This document shows, in pieces, positions 52,433-64,000 of a stretch of DNA of 64,000 nt (the stretch's first letter is position 1; the number at the start of each line of letters is the position of its first letter). This stretch comes from Octopus sinensis (lineage: Eukaryota): the NCBI RefSeq assembly GCF_006345805.1, contig NC_043000.1, positions 123,380,001 through 123,444,000 of the forward strand, written 5' to 3'. A program made the translations under genes and the position numbers. The notes under the pieces were generated by a model that saw only the letters and a program-made list of their open reading frames with translations, made no database searches and had not been told where the DNA came from.

Positions 52433-53167
52433 CAGGTGACGGGCTTCCACACAATTTCCATCCACCAAATTCACTTAAAAGGTTATTGGTAATAAAAATG
52501 TAGTGAAACATAACCAGTGACCGCGTTTTCATTGGCAGTGTAACTGTCCTAAAATCAGTTTCAACGTGTTTTCACATCAAGAATTTTTGCAACACAAATA
52601 CAAAAAAGAAACGCTAACAGTTACTCCCTGACCATCTTGACCACTTCTGCTATGGACATCAGCTTAATCAGCGGGTGGAATGCAAAGAGTGTATATATTC
52701 TAAGTGACGCACTGCAGCCTATAGCATTTATTAATATCACTAAATTTGTAGAATGTGCAGTAGGAGCCTCTGTTGAGCGATGACATGGTCAGGATAAATA
52801 GCTATGTGCTAAGTAGATATCACTGCAGTGGAGTTTGTGTGTGTGTGTGTTAGTGGGTGATTGGGTGTAAGCATGTATATATTGTTTTTATATCGAGTAC
52901 CCGGTATTTGTAAATTTGTGGTTAAGTTAGTGTGTTGGTTGAACTATCGATGCATACACCGAAGTGTGTGCATCTATTCGCATAAGAATCTCACATAGAA
53001 TGTCTTACAAATCTTCACTGTGCCACTTAATAGCTTGGATTAGGAGAATCCGCTTCAATTTCTTTTGCTCTTTTTCCGTGAAACCGAGTATTTCTAGGTT
53101 TATGTATGTATGTATGTATTATTATAAATGAATGTATGTAGGTATGTATAAATATATGTATGTATTA

Positions 53168-53980
53168 CGAGGTCTGATCAATAAGTATCCAGACTGCTGC
53201 CATAGTAACGAAGTTAAAGCATGCAGAGTTAAGCCGCTTAGCAAAGATTGACCTTGAACTTGGCTGTGCATGCGCACTAAATTTTAGCTTTCGAGCTCAC
53301 TTCTCTTTACAGCAGTGCTTGGAAGGAAGATGTATAGCGTGAGATCGTTGCATTGACCATGACACAGAAAGTTCTCATGGCGATACCTGCTCAGAGGCTT
53401 ACATAAAGTTGCAGAAAGCGTATGGAGAGGAGAGTATGAGCCAAACACAAGTGTACGAGTAGTTCTGATGTTTCCAAGATGGCTGAAAAAATGTCAGAAC
53501 TCAGAAAAACATTGCAGATGTGCGTGCAGCTGTGAGGGGAAATCGTCGAATCACCATCCGTGAGTTATCAGAGGATGTGCATTTCAGTGTGAGACACGTG
53601 TCTGCCAAGTTTGTGCCAAAACTGCTTTCAGCTGACCAAAAAGATACTCGGGTTTCAATTGCACAATTTTTTCCTTGATGGTGTCAAGAATGATGAAAAC
53701 GTTTTGAAAACTTTGCGTAGGCCTCTGAGCAGGTATCACCAAGCTTTTGGCAAAATTTGATACAGATTCTCTCCTCAACTTTATCTTCGTCAATGCGACT
53801 ATTACACACTACATGCGTTCCTTCCAAGCTCTGCTGTAAACAGCGGAAGTGAGCTAGGACGTTGAAACCTAGTGCACATGCTCAACAGAGTTCAAGGTCA
53901 ATTTGTGCCAAGCGGCTTCACTCTGCGTGCTTTAGTTTCATTACTATAGCAACAGTCCGGATACTTATTGATAAGACCAG
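53168..53980 (+). mobile_element. Internally deleted mariner-like DNA transposon with long TIRs
   Basis: TA flanks; ~170-bp imperfect TIRs (cgaggtctgatcaataagtatcc... / ...ggatacttattgataagaccag); transposase relics LQKAYGEESMSQTQVYE, NRRITIRELSE, AKFVPKLL (cf. WVPKLL). Confidence 0.88.
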
Positions 53981-54022
53981 TACGTAAATATGTATGGTTT
54001 CCTTTGAGTTTAATTTAAGTTC

Positions 54023-54409
54023 GTGGAGGCGCAATGGCCCAGTGGTTAGGGCAGCGGACTCGCGGTCGTAGGATCGCGGTTTCGATTCCCAGACCGGGCG
54101 TTGTGAGTGTTTATTGAGCGAAAACACCTAAAAGCTCCACGAGGCTCCGGCAGGGATGGTGGTGATCCCTGCTGTACTCTTTCACCACAACTTTCTCTCA
54201 CTCTTACTTCCTGTTTCTGTTGTACCTGTATTTCAAAGGGCCGGCCTTGTCACTCTCTGTGTCACGCTGAATATCCCCGAGAACTACGTTAAGGGTACAC
54301 GTGTCTATGGAGTGCTCAGCCACTTACACGTTAATTTCACGAGCAGGCTGTTCCGTTGATCGGATCAACCGGAACCCTCGTCGTCGTAACCGACGGAGTG
54401 CTTCCATCC
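54023..54409 (+). mobile_element. tRNA-derived SINE family B, young full-length copy
   Basis: A-box tggcccagtgg, B-box gtttcgattcc; 11-bp TSD AATTTAAGTTC; near-identical 5' part at 62815-63001 (-). Confidence 0.9.
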
Positions 54410-54605
54410 AATTTAAGTTCTCTGAAGAGTTCAAGCCGGTCGCTAACAAAGCGACAATACTTTTTGAGTTAAGAGACTTCCCGATGTATGTAAATGTGTG
54501 GTTGAGTTGGTGTGCTGATGTATGTATGTATATCCTTGATTTGAATTTAAACTACATCCGATAGTGAGTCTCTTGTACTGAAAGTCCAGAGTTTTGAGGA
54601 GTGTT

Positions 54606-54761
54606 CAGGGGTGGACCCAGTGGGGGCGATGAGAGGCACGTGCTCCCCACAAGAAGAGAAGTGCGCCCTTCTAAATAATGTTATTACGCCCTTTTCTCCT
54701 GGAATTGTATTCCCTTCTGACCTTGTGCCCTCACTTCGAAAAATTCCTGGGACCGCGCCTG
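54606..54761. mobile_element. Small MITE-like insertion
   Basis: Imperfect inverted termini caggggtggaccca ... tgggaccgcgcctg around a GC-richer interior. Confidence 0.45.
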
Positions 54762-55433
54762 GTGTGGAACCATCTCTTAGCCATTATTTCCCCCAAAATC
54801 TATTCTGACCCGGAGTAGTGACACTTGTTAGGGTCCCAGTTCTGTATTAACTAGCATGTGAACCACTGGAAGTGAATGACCCCCAAGTTTTCTTGAGAAC
54901 TTCCTTCTAGGAGAAGGTAAGCTCGTTTAAGAAATCCAAAGTGCAGTTGGTTCCTAGACGTTTCAACCTCTGATCTGTCTGTGCAACATTTTACTGGCGC
55001 CAAATTAACGCACGGGAACGTCTTAGACTGTCAGAATTTTTGTATAGACTTCCTGAGTTTAAGAAGTGGTCTTACACGGTCATGAGTTCGCTTCTTTTAC
55101 GTGTATTTGCACGAATCTATATTTTTAACTCATTTGTTTCAGAAATTAGAATGCGGTCACGCTGGGATACCGCCCTAAAGGGTCTAGGCGAGCAAATCGA
55201 CTCCAGTACACTTTTTCAAAGCCTGGTACTTATTCTATCAGTTTCTATTTTCCGAACCACTAAGTAACGACACCGGTTGTTAGGAACAAACACAAAAATG
55301 CGCTCATATTAGACAATATGATTGTCTTATGGTAGAGAAATAGCTAGTTTCTTTGGCTGCTATCTCTAATTTCGGTATGTGGTGAAGCAAATTTTTTTGC
55401 TGAACCCTAATTATAATTATACTCATAATTATA

Positions 55434-55591
<158 letters not shown>

Positions 55592-56085
55592 GGCGCAGGC
55601 ATGGCTGTGTGGTAAGAAGCTTACTTCATAACCACATGGGTCCGGGTTCAGTCCCACTGCGTGACACCTTGGACAAATGTCTTCTACTATAGTCTCAGGC
55701 CGACTAAAGCATTAGAAGTGGATTTGGTAGGAGGGACTGAAGGAATGTGACACGGCTGACACTTTAAGTTACGGGTACTACTCATTTTCGCCAGTTGGCT
55801 GGACTGAAGCAATGTGGAATAAAGTGCTTGCTCAAGGACACAACGTGCCTCTAGAAATCGAACTCACAACCTTACGACAGTGAGCCGAATACCATAACCA
55901 GGAAGGTACGCGCCTTCACTATGTATGTGTGTGTATAAACGACAGGCCTCTTTCAGTTTCTGTCAACTAGATCCACACGCAAGGCTTTCGTCGGCCCCGG
56001 GCTATAGTGGAAGATACTTGGCCAAGGTGTCACGCAGTGGGACTGAACCCGGAACCGTGCTGTTGGGAAGCAAACTTCTTACCAC
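55592..56085. mobile_element. Inverted pair of SINE family C fragments around a SINE-B-like fragment
   Basis: 55592-55745 (+) and 55940-56085 (-) are both homologous to the 20853 copy. Confidence 0.75.
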
Positions 56086-56201
56086 ATATAATGTAAATGG
56101 TAAGCGGTTTCATATGTAAGCATATCCGTATACACATGCATATATATGTATGCTTATAGATAGACAGACAGATGGCTAGATAGATAGATAGATAGATATA
56201 T

Positions 56202-56258
<57 letters not shown>

Positions 56259-56286
56259 AATGTGTGTGTGTGTGTGTACATATATA

Positions 56287-56433
56287 CAGGGCTGGCTCAA
56301 CGTATCGGCAATTTGGGTAGTCGCTTGAGGCACCAAAGAGGGCGTGACAAAGACGAAATTTTCTGTGACCATCAGCTTGTACACGCCGAAGTCCAGCTTG
56401 CCCGAGGTGCCAGTAACCCTAGGGCCAGCCCTG
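56287..56433. mobile_element. hAT-like MITE (147 bp)
   Basis: Perfect 10-bp TIR CAGGGCTGGC/GCCAGCCCTG; imperfect 8-bp TSD catatata/catctaca. Confidence 0.7.
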
Positions 56434-57384
56434 CATCTACATATATAATTGCATATATGTGTATGCTCATGTCTATGCATATATGCATATATACAAATAT
56501 ATATATGCATATATTTATGTATATCCATGTGTGTATATATGCATGCACGTATGTATGAATCATTATGCATAATTAGAAAATATACCTTTACAAACATACA
56601 CATATGCACACACACGCACATACGTACATAAATATATAAATCTACATACATACATACATACATGCCTATCACGCCCTGTACAGCAAATCCCGAATGAAAC
56701 AAAAATTTCAAGTATGAGTAACGTCTCACCTGGTCTAATGATGCTCGTAAAGAATATCAATGTAAATATAATAAGGAGAGAGAAGTTTAGAGGGGGTGAC
56801 TTCTGGCTGTCAATTCACTGTTCAGAGTTGATTGATATACAAGTTCTGGTGTGTGTAATCATTCTGTTCGTTCTTGAACTAGGATATAATTGTCAACAAG
56901 ATGTAGTTGGTGTAGCAAGGCAGACTGAAGATGTAGGAACAAGCGACTGGAGAGAGAAGCTGAGACATGATATGAATGTATGAGTGTGTGTGTGTGTGCG
57001 TGTTTGTGTGTGTGTATGCATGTGTGTGTGTTTGTGTGGTGGTGCAGTCAGCTTGGCTATAATGACTTGACAACAACGACAGCTGCCTAGAAACGGAGGG
57101 CTAGATATGAGACTGCGTTGACATGCATATACATAAACACACTCCCACCCACACGCACACACACACATACACTCGTATGCACATAACAAATACTCACTCT
57201 CAGACATACACATGCATATGCACACAAAAATAAGCTGTCGAACATAAAAACACGCAGTCGAGCAGGAACGTCCACACAGACACACACATACTTTCATCTA
57301 TACGCATAAACATGCAACAGGTAAACGCAACAAACATACATTCACATACACACTCGTATTCAGCGATACAACCACAGCATACAA

Positions 57385-57430
<46 letters not shown>

Positions 57431-57605
57431 CCCCCCTCTCCTCCCTCTTCTTCCCTACCAAGAATTCACAACGACCTCAAACCCACAAGAGAGGCAGAGA
57501 CAGGCAGAAACAAGGAAATTTCCACTTGTATTTGAACACTGCAAATATTCTTTTAAAAAAAACTTTTCTTTTAATTTTTCCAAATTTAATTGTTTTCCAT
57601 ACATA

Positions 57606-57641
57606 TAGTTGAAAAAGTCTCAATAGCCGAAACCGGTACTG
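57606..57641 (+). ncRNA. Decayed minimal hammerhead motif
   Basis: TAG-TTGAAAA-A-GTCT caat AGCC-GAAA-CCGGTA-CTG; about 50 nt before a (TA)n junction. Confidence 0.5.
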
Positions 57642-57692
57642 AAATGTTTTTTATAAAATTATTTTAGCATTTTCTATCTTGACTTTTTTCCC

Positions 57693-57724
<32 letters not shown>

Positions 57725-59055
57725 CCATTAATACACATGCAAGAAAGAAGCTCAAGAGATACCCAAGTGACACTTCGGATGTTGATAGAGACATATTGTT
57801 AAGCAATTCACTTCGCAATTACTTCATTCCTAGTTCGGTCCCAGTACGCTGCAGATTGGACATTGACCTTCGGATTGAAAGCCTTGAGAGTAGTCTGAAA
57901 CCCTTAGAAAAGTATCGCCGTTGTTTTGCAGGCGGTAGCACTAAATATATCGATCAGTTTAACACCAACATGTAGCTATGTGCTGAAAGTCGTCTCTGAA
58001 GCCGGCCACTTTATTTACGAGTGTTCACTGTAGTTGAAGGTATGGTACGTACAAGGTAGAGGATGGCCAGCTTAGCTACAGCCCAGGACAGCCAAACCCC
58101 ACACTATTCCACAGAGAGAAAGGGCCGACTATAACATACCCCATGTCTTCTGAAGGTGGAGAAGTCTCAACGCGATCGTTGGATCGGCTGGAAATTCCGG
58201 CCAAATCGACTTAAAATGTTACCCTGCGCTTTAAAATACAAGACCTCCATATCTAATCAAAGGAGACTAATATTTTGGTACATAATGTACATTCCTTAGT
58301 TATTCTTCATAGCTTCTCCATATGGGGACGCATTCTCATACATTCCTATTTTTCCATAAACCCAAACTACAAGCAATATTTCTTCATTTAATTAGAAACT
58401 TTAGTCTTAGGCTGAGAAGAGCTAACAATATTTTGTTATAGGTTATGTTCTTCACAATTATTTTGTGTTGATAATTTAATTGTTGAAAATATCAATTATC
58501 AACATTTTGATTATGTGAACATGTAATTAATTTAAATCCTTATATATTTACAGTTGGAATGTTTATTTCTAATATGGGAGCCCATATTTTTATTAATTTA
58601 ATAAGGGTATGTAATATTACATATTTGAATTTAAAAGTGTTAAATAAGCGTTTTCGTGTGTAATACGTGGGTGCATTATTGATAAAATGAGTGATGGCGC
58701 ATGGCCTAGTGGTTAGGATGTTGCACTCCCGATCGAGAGATCGCGGTTTCAATTCCTGAACCGGATGGTGTATTGCGTTCTTAAGCAAAATATTTCATCT
58801 CACGATGCTCTGTTATCATTCCACCTTACGTGTGGTACATCGTGCACTTGTTCAGTTAACGTCGATTTGATGGAAGGAGTGAGCTAGTGCACAGCCCAAT
58901 CATTTATGTTGGTCGTTCAGCAAGAAATTGCAGAACCGTCTTTCTAGCCCTACGAGTGACTACCATCATCATTGCTAAAACGACTTGGAAATCTTCATGT
59001 TGCGGTAAACTAAACACATGAGCACAAACCTTTCTCTTCCGATCATGGAATCATA

Positions 59056-60075
59056 GTTCTTATTTCTTTATTGCTCACAAGGGGTAAAACATAGAGGGGA
59101 CAAACAAGGACAGACAAACGGATTAAGTCGATTACATCGACCCAGTGCGTAACTGGTACTTATACCTATTTCTTTACTACCCACAAGGGGCTAAACACAG
59201 AGAGGACAAACAAGGACAGACAAACGGATTAAGTCGATTATATCGACCCCAGTGCGTAACTGGTACTTATTTAATCGACCCCGAAAGGATGAAAGGCAAA
59301 GTCGACCTCGGCGGAATTTGAACTCAGAACGTAACGGCAGACGAAATATGGATACACATTTCACCCGGCGTGCTAACGTTTCTGCCATTTCACTGCTTTA
59401 GGAAAATGGATATTGTTAATGAAAATCTTCTACAAATACGCTCTTCAGATGGTGTACATTCCGATTGTGCTTGCACCCTCACAATCCACTATGTCATAAG
59501 AAAGAAATAATCCTTTCTACTATAGGCACAAGGTCCGAAATTTTGGGGGTGTGGTAAGTCGATTACATCGACCCCAGTACGCAACTGGTATTTGATTTAT
59601 CGACTCCCGAAAGGATGAAAGGCAAAGTCGATCTCGGCGGAATTTGAACTCAGAAGTAGTTTGGAAGAAATAATCTTTTCTACTCTACGCACAAGGCCTA
59701 AAATTTTTGAGGAGGGAGGGCCAGTCGATTAGATCGACCCCAGTACGGTACTGGGAACTTAATTTATCGACCCCGAAAGGAGGAAAAGCAAAGTCGACCT
59801 CGACAGAATTTGAACTCAGAACGTTAAGGCAGGCGAAATACCTATTTCTCTACTACCCACAAGGGGCTAAACACAGAGAAGAGAAACAAGGACTGACAAA
59901 CGGATTAAGTCGATTATATCGACCCCAGTGCGTAACTGGTACTTATTTAATCTACCCCGAAAGGATGAAAGGCAAAGTCGACCTCGGCGGAATTTGAACT
60001 CAGAACGTAGCGGCTGACGAAATACCGCTAAGCATTTCGGCCGCCGTGCTAACGGTTCTGCCAGCTCGCCGCCTT
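59056..60075 (-). mobile_element. Cluster of about five tandem/nested SINE family A copies
   Basis: Repeated gattaagtcgatta...ccccagtgcgtaactggtactta...gaaaggatgaaaggcaaagtcgacctcggcggaatttgaactcaga blocks, all on the minus strand. Confidence 0.9.
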
Positions 60076-60506
60076 GTAAGTAAGAAATATTGTTAAAAGA
60101 CAGTGGATTGATGGACACTTCTGTGCATGGAACAAAATACCTCGCAGTACTCATGGCTCTTTGTGTCCCGACTTCGTGTACCGAGAATCTCGTTTATGTA
60201 ATTAAATATACGGTACAGCTATCTAATTACACTAATTAGATATGCCATTCAGTTACATTTAATTGTCTATCCAAAGAGGAGACCTATGAACTGTTAGAAA
60301 TAGTAGTCAAATTTCCATCAGATCACCTTCGACCATCTTAAAAGAAGACGGGAAGATCACCGCGCGAGTGTCTTTGATCATAGGACTACCTTAGGGATTA
60401 AACAAGAACAAATATTTTAACTCTTAATAAGGGACTTCGCAGCCTTGCTTTGAATTCGTAATCAATGGCTTACATCCAGTCTTCACGCTATCCTTGCATC
60501 TCTCTC

Positions 60507-60537
<31 letters not shown>

Positions 60538-61136
60538 CCATCTCTCTCCATCTCTCTCTTCTCTCTTTCCCCCTTTCCCTCTCTCTCTCTCTCTTTATCT
60601 ATCTATCTCTTTATCTGTCAAACTTTAGTAATGATATACAAACTTAACGTAACAGTACAGATATACTCAAGAGTGCAAATGTGTGTGTGCGCGCGCGCAC
60701 CTCTTTATGCATGTATGCAGTGAAGGTGTGTGGCCTAGTGATGAAAGTGTTACACTTACGATCTCGAAATCGTGTTTTCGATTCCCAGACCGGGCGATGC
60801 GTTGTCTTCTTGTGTAAAACACTTCATTTCACATTACTTAGAGACAACCTCGACATCTCTTCGATGCGGAAGATCGTGCACCTGTGCAGGCAACGCAGAT
60901 TTGAAGGTGAGAGTGAGCTAATGTACCGCACAAACATTTGATCAATATAAACAAATCATATGTGCAGGTTTTCTGTAAGAAATTACGGAGCCCTTATCCG
61001 ACAGAAGAGTCCACAAGAGTCAACAAGAGTCTACATACGTATGTCAAAGGTAACTCATAATCGACAGTCGATTGTGGCAAAGTTAGTACTGGGGGTCCGT
61101 GAGCTAAATTCAAAATTTTATATACATACATACACA

Positions 61137-61184
<48 letters not shown>

Positions 61185-62571
61185 ATAATAATAATAAGCA
61201 TATTAAAAGGGGTCCTTGGTAGAGAAAAGATTGGGAACCAATGTTGTGGACACTAGTATCCTCAATCGCGCTGTGTTACCTAGCGTTCACACTAAACTAT
61301 GTAGAGCTAACTGTAACGACCTGGTCACATTGCCAGAATGGATAGCAAATGACACCAAACATATCTTTTTTACAACGATTGGTAGGGAGGGTGTGTTCTG
61401 GTAGTGGATCTTGCATGCATGAAGTGGATTTGATCCACCATAGCCAAATTTAAATTAACACTGCAACAGAACTTTTCCCACGGTGGAACAATGGTTTTTC
61501 TCTGGCGGCAGTTTTACATTTTCCAGATGCCTTTAGCTAGGCCGAAATAATGTCTTCACCACTTGACCCTTTCTAACCTCTTCTACTTCACCAAAAGCTA
61601 GAATAGAGACAACAAGACCACCAACTAAATCTATTGTTCTCAATGATATCTCTATCCTTCTGGATAGTTATAAAAGCAAGAACATCCCAAGCAAAAATCA
61701 GTCGGTGACGACTCAACCAGTTAGTCACCTCGGTGACAACGAAGTCTGGCTGACCTGCTAGAATTTTGGTCAGAGAGAGAAATGAAGTTTACTATCAGCA
61801 ACTGTGAGACAGCACCCTACAACTCTCACTAGCTCTAATTCTGTTCTCTTACAACATCATTCTATCTCTCTCTGTAATTACTACTAAACAATGAAGAGGA
61901 CACAAACACAAACTTTACTTCGCATGCTTTTGGATTTATCATAACCTGCTCGTCGAAACAAAGTATTGTAAACCTAACGGTAAATAAACATTTCCTTAAA
62001 ACTTAAAAAGAAATAAAACTTCATTGCTTACAGGGTTGTGCAAACGCTACAAGGATATTTTCAACGACTTTCTAAAAAATATTCATTAACCAAGAACCAA
62101 AAATCATGGAAGAAAGTTGCTGCTGCTGGGGTACCTACCTGGTTCAGTCTGCTAAGGAAAGGTACCATACCAAAGCGTCTGGAGTGGCCGGGAGTAAACG
62201 AAATGAGCAGGAGAAAGAATTAAGGAAGTTTCAAAGCCGCATTGATAAAAGTATAAGATGCATCAGCCACATTAGGAGACATCTGTGAATGATGTTGTGG
62301 TCTTCATCCATATGAATGAACGAATGAAACGTATTTGCGTGGGCATGTAGGTGTATGCATATATGAATGTCTGGGTGCACATGTCTGCTCATAGATCTAA
62401 GCATTTGTGTATTTATGTTTGGGTTTGTGCATGTGTGCTTCTACGATGTATGTTTGTGTGTATGCGCGTATGTGTTTATGTATGTGCATTAACATATATA
62501 TAATTTCATCACACACAACATGAACAAAATTTCTTTTTAAGAAAAATACGTATTCAAATAAGTAAAACATA

Positions 62572-62606
62572 ATATCATGAATAGCGATAGCGAAACCGGT
62601 CGATAT
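62572..62606 (+). ncRNA. Decayed minimal hammerhead motif
   Basis: ATATC-ATGAATA(cf. CTGAAGA)-GC gata GC-GAAA-CCGGTC-GATAT; about 110 nt before a (TA)n junction. Confidence 0.6.
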
Positions 62607-62814
62607 ATTAAAAATTATATTAAAACTATGTAAGTGTGCGTATTTTCCTTTTTTAATTTCTTATGTCGATTACAACTCATCACGTGGGGATAATCGAAAT
62701 TCCTCTTTTCTGTTACTACTATATATATATATATATCACCGTGATCGACCAGGCTACCATATGTTGCTACACATCGCTGGTCACAATGCGCTTCGCATTG
62801 TTTTAGCCAACAGA

Positions 62815-63001
62815 AGAAAGAGTGAGAGAAAGTTGTGACGAAAGAGTACAGCAGGGTTCGCCATCAGCCCCTGCCGGAGCCTCGTGGAGCTTTATGTGTT
62901 TCCGCTCAATAAACACTCACAACGCCCCGGTCTGGGAATCGAAACCACGATCCTACGACCGCGAGTCTGCTGCCCTAACCACTGGGCCATTGCGCCTCCA
63001 C
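62815..63001 (-). mobile_element. SINE family B, 5' portion
   Basis: Near-identical to 54023-54200. Confidence 0.85.
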
Positions 63002-63414
63002 ACACATGCGCGTGTGTGTATGTGTTATTTATCTATATGTTTGTGTGTGCAGGTATATGTGACTATACACTGTCATTGGTGTACATCAGTATCATTGCCA
63101 GTATTATTGCGTCGTTAACGAAACGCCATAGCAGTAGATGCCGTTGTTGTTGTCGTTGTTGTTACTACTGCTGGCCATGGTGTCTTTTTCTTTTTTTTTA
63201 TTACTGATCAATACTACGCACAGACAGACGTAAAGACATACAGTAGGGGGTGGTGCGCCAGAATGGAATGGTCAGACAACGAGACAGAGAGAGAGAGTGT
63301 GGGGTAACTGTTAAGGCCATTCTATTTATAGTCGAGACGGTCCTTTTTATCTTCTCGTTAATGATTCGTTGCATGTAAGTACAATGATGCTCTCTCTCTT
63401 TCGCTTTTGCTCGC

Positions 63415-63486
63415 CATATATATATATATACACCTGTCTATGCATATATATATATATACACACACACACACATATTTATATACACG

Positions 63487-63528
<42 letters not shown>

Positions 63529-63732
63529 CATATATATATATACACATACATATATATATACACATATATATATACACACATACATATATACACACATATA
63601 TATATACATGCATATATATATATATATATATACACATATATACACACACATATATATATACATGCATATATACATATATACATATACATACACACACATA
63701 AATATATGCATGCATATATATATACATACATA

Positions 63733-63792
<60 letters not shown>

Positions 63793-63915
63793 TACATGCA
63801 TATATACATATATACACACATAAATATATACACATACATGTGTATATAGTGTGTGCGTGCGTGCGCGCACGTACGTACATATACATGTATACGCAACACA
63901 ACACACACACACATA
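63415..63915. repeat. (TA)n/(CA)n compound microsatellite
   Basis: Directly visible. Confidence 0.95.
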
Positions 63916-64000
63916 TTCTCCTTTACCATTATCACCGACCAGAAAACTTATTCCAGCCAAACTTTATTGCCTCAGCCAGGCCATTTCTTTCGTTAGATTT

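Noticed and set aside
54023-54100. tRNA gene
   Set aside because: The tRNA-like A/B boxes are the head of a TSD-flanked SINE that continues for about 300 bp; no proper acceptor stem.

Overview
AT-rich, microsatellite- and SINE-dense animal DNA. The repeat landscape suggests a coleoid cephalopod, probably Octopus (inference only). Two convergent genes are supported. (1) The last coding exon of a neurexin (+, 3889-4390; TM helix, protein-4.1 motif, PDZ ligand KEWYV), followed by about 11.5 kb with no recognisable SINE that may be a very long 3'UTR. (2) A complete 8-exon CD36/scavenger-receptor-class-B family gene (-, 43156-18682, 702 aa), assembled by hand with consistent splice phases. It is unusual in three ways: a ~200-aa Cys/N-glycan-rich insertion at the ligand-binding apex, a C-terminal RVHP (RVxP ciliary-targeting-like) motif, and a 4-bp duplication at its start codon. 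Its first coding intron holds a full-length Mag-like Ty3/Gypsy LTR element (33684-38434) broken by one in-frame TGA. The right half contains several tRNA-derived SINE families, LINE, mariner and MITE relics, several long hairpins, and a rearranged Neptune-type Penelope-like element. It also contains six minimal hammerhead-ribozyme-like motifs, five of them in short elements embedded in (TA)n/(CA)n tracts. Nearly all other listed ORFs are microsatellite artefacts.
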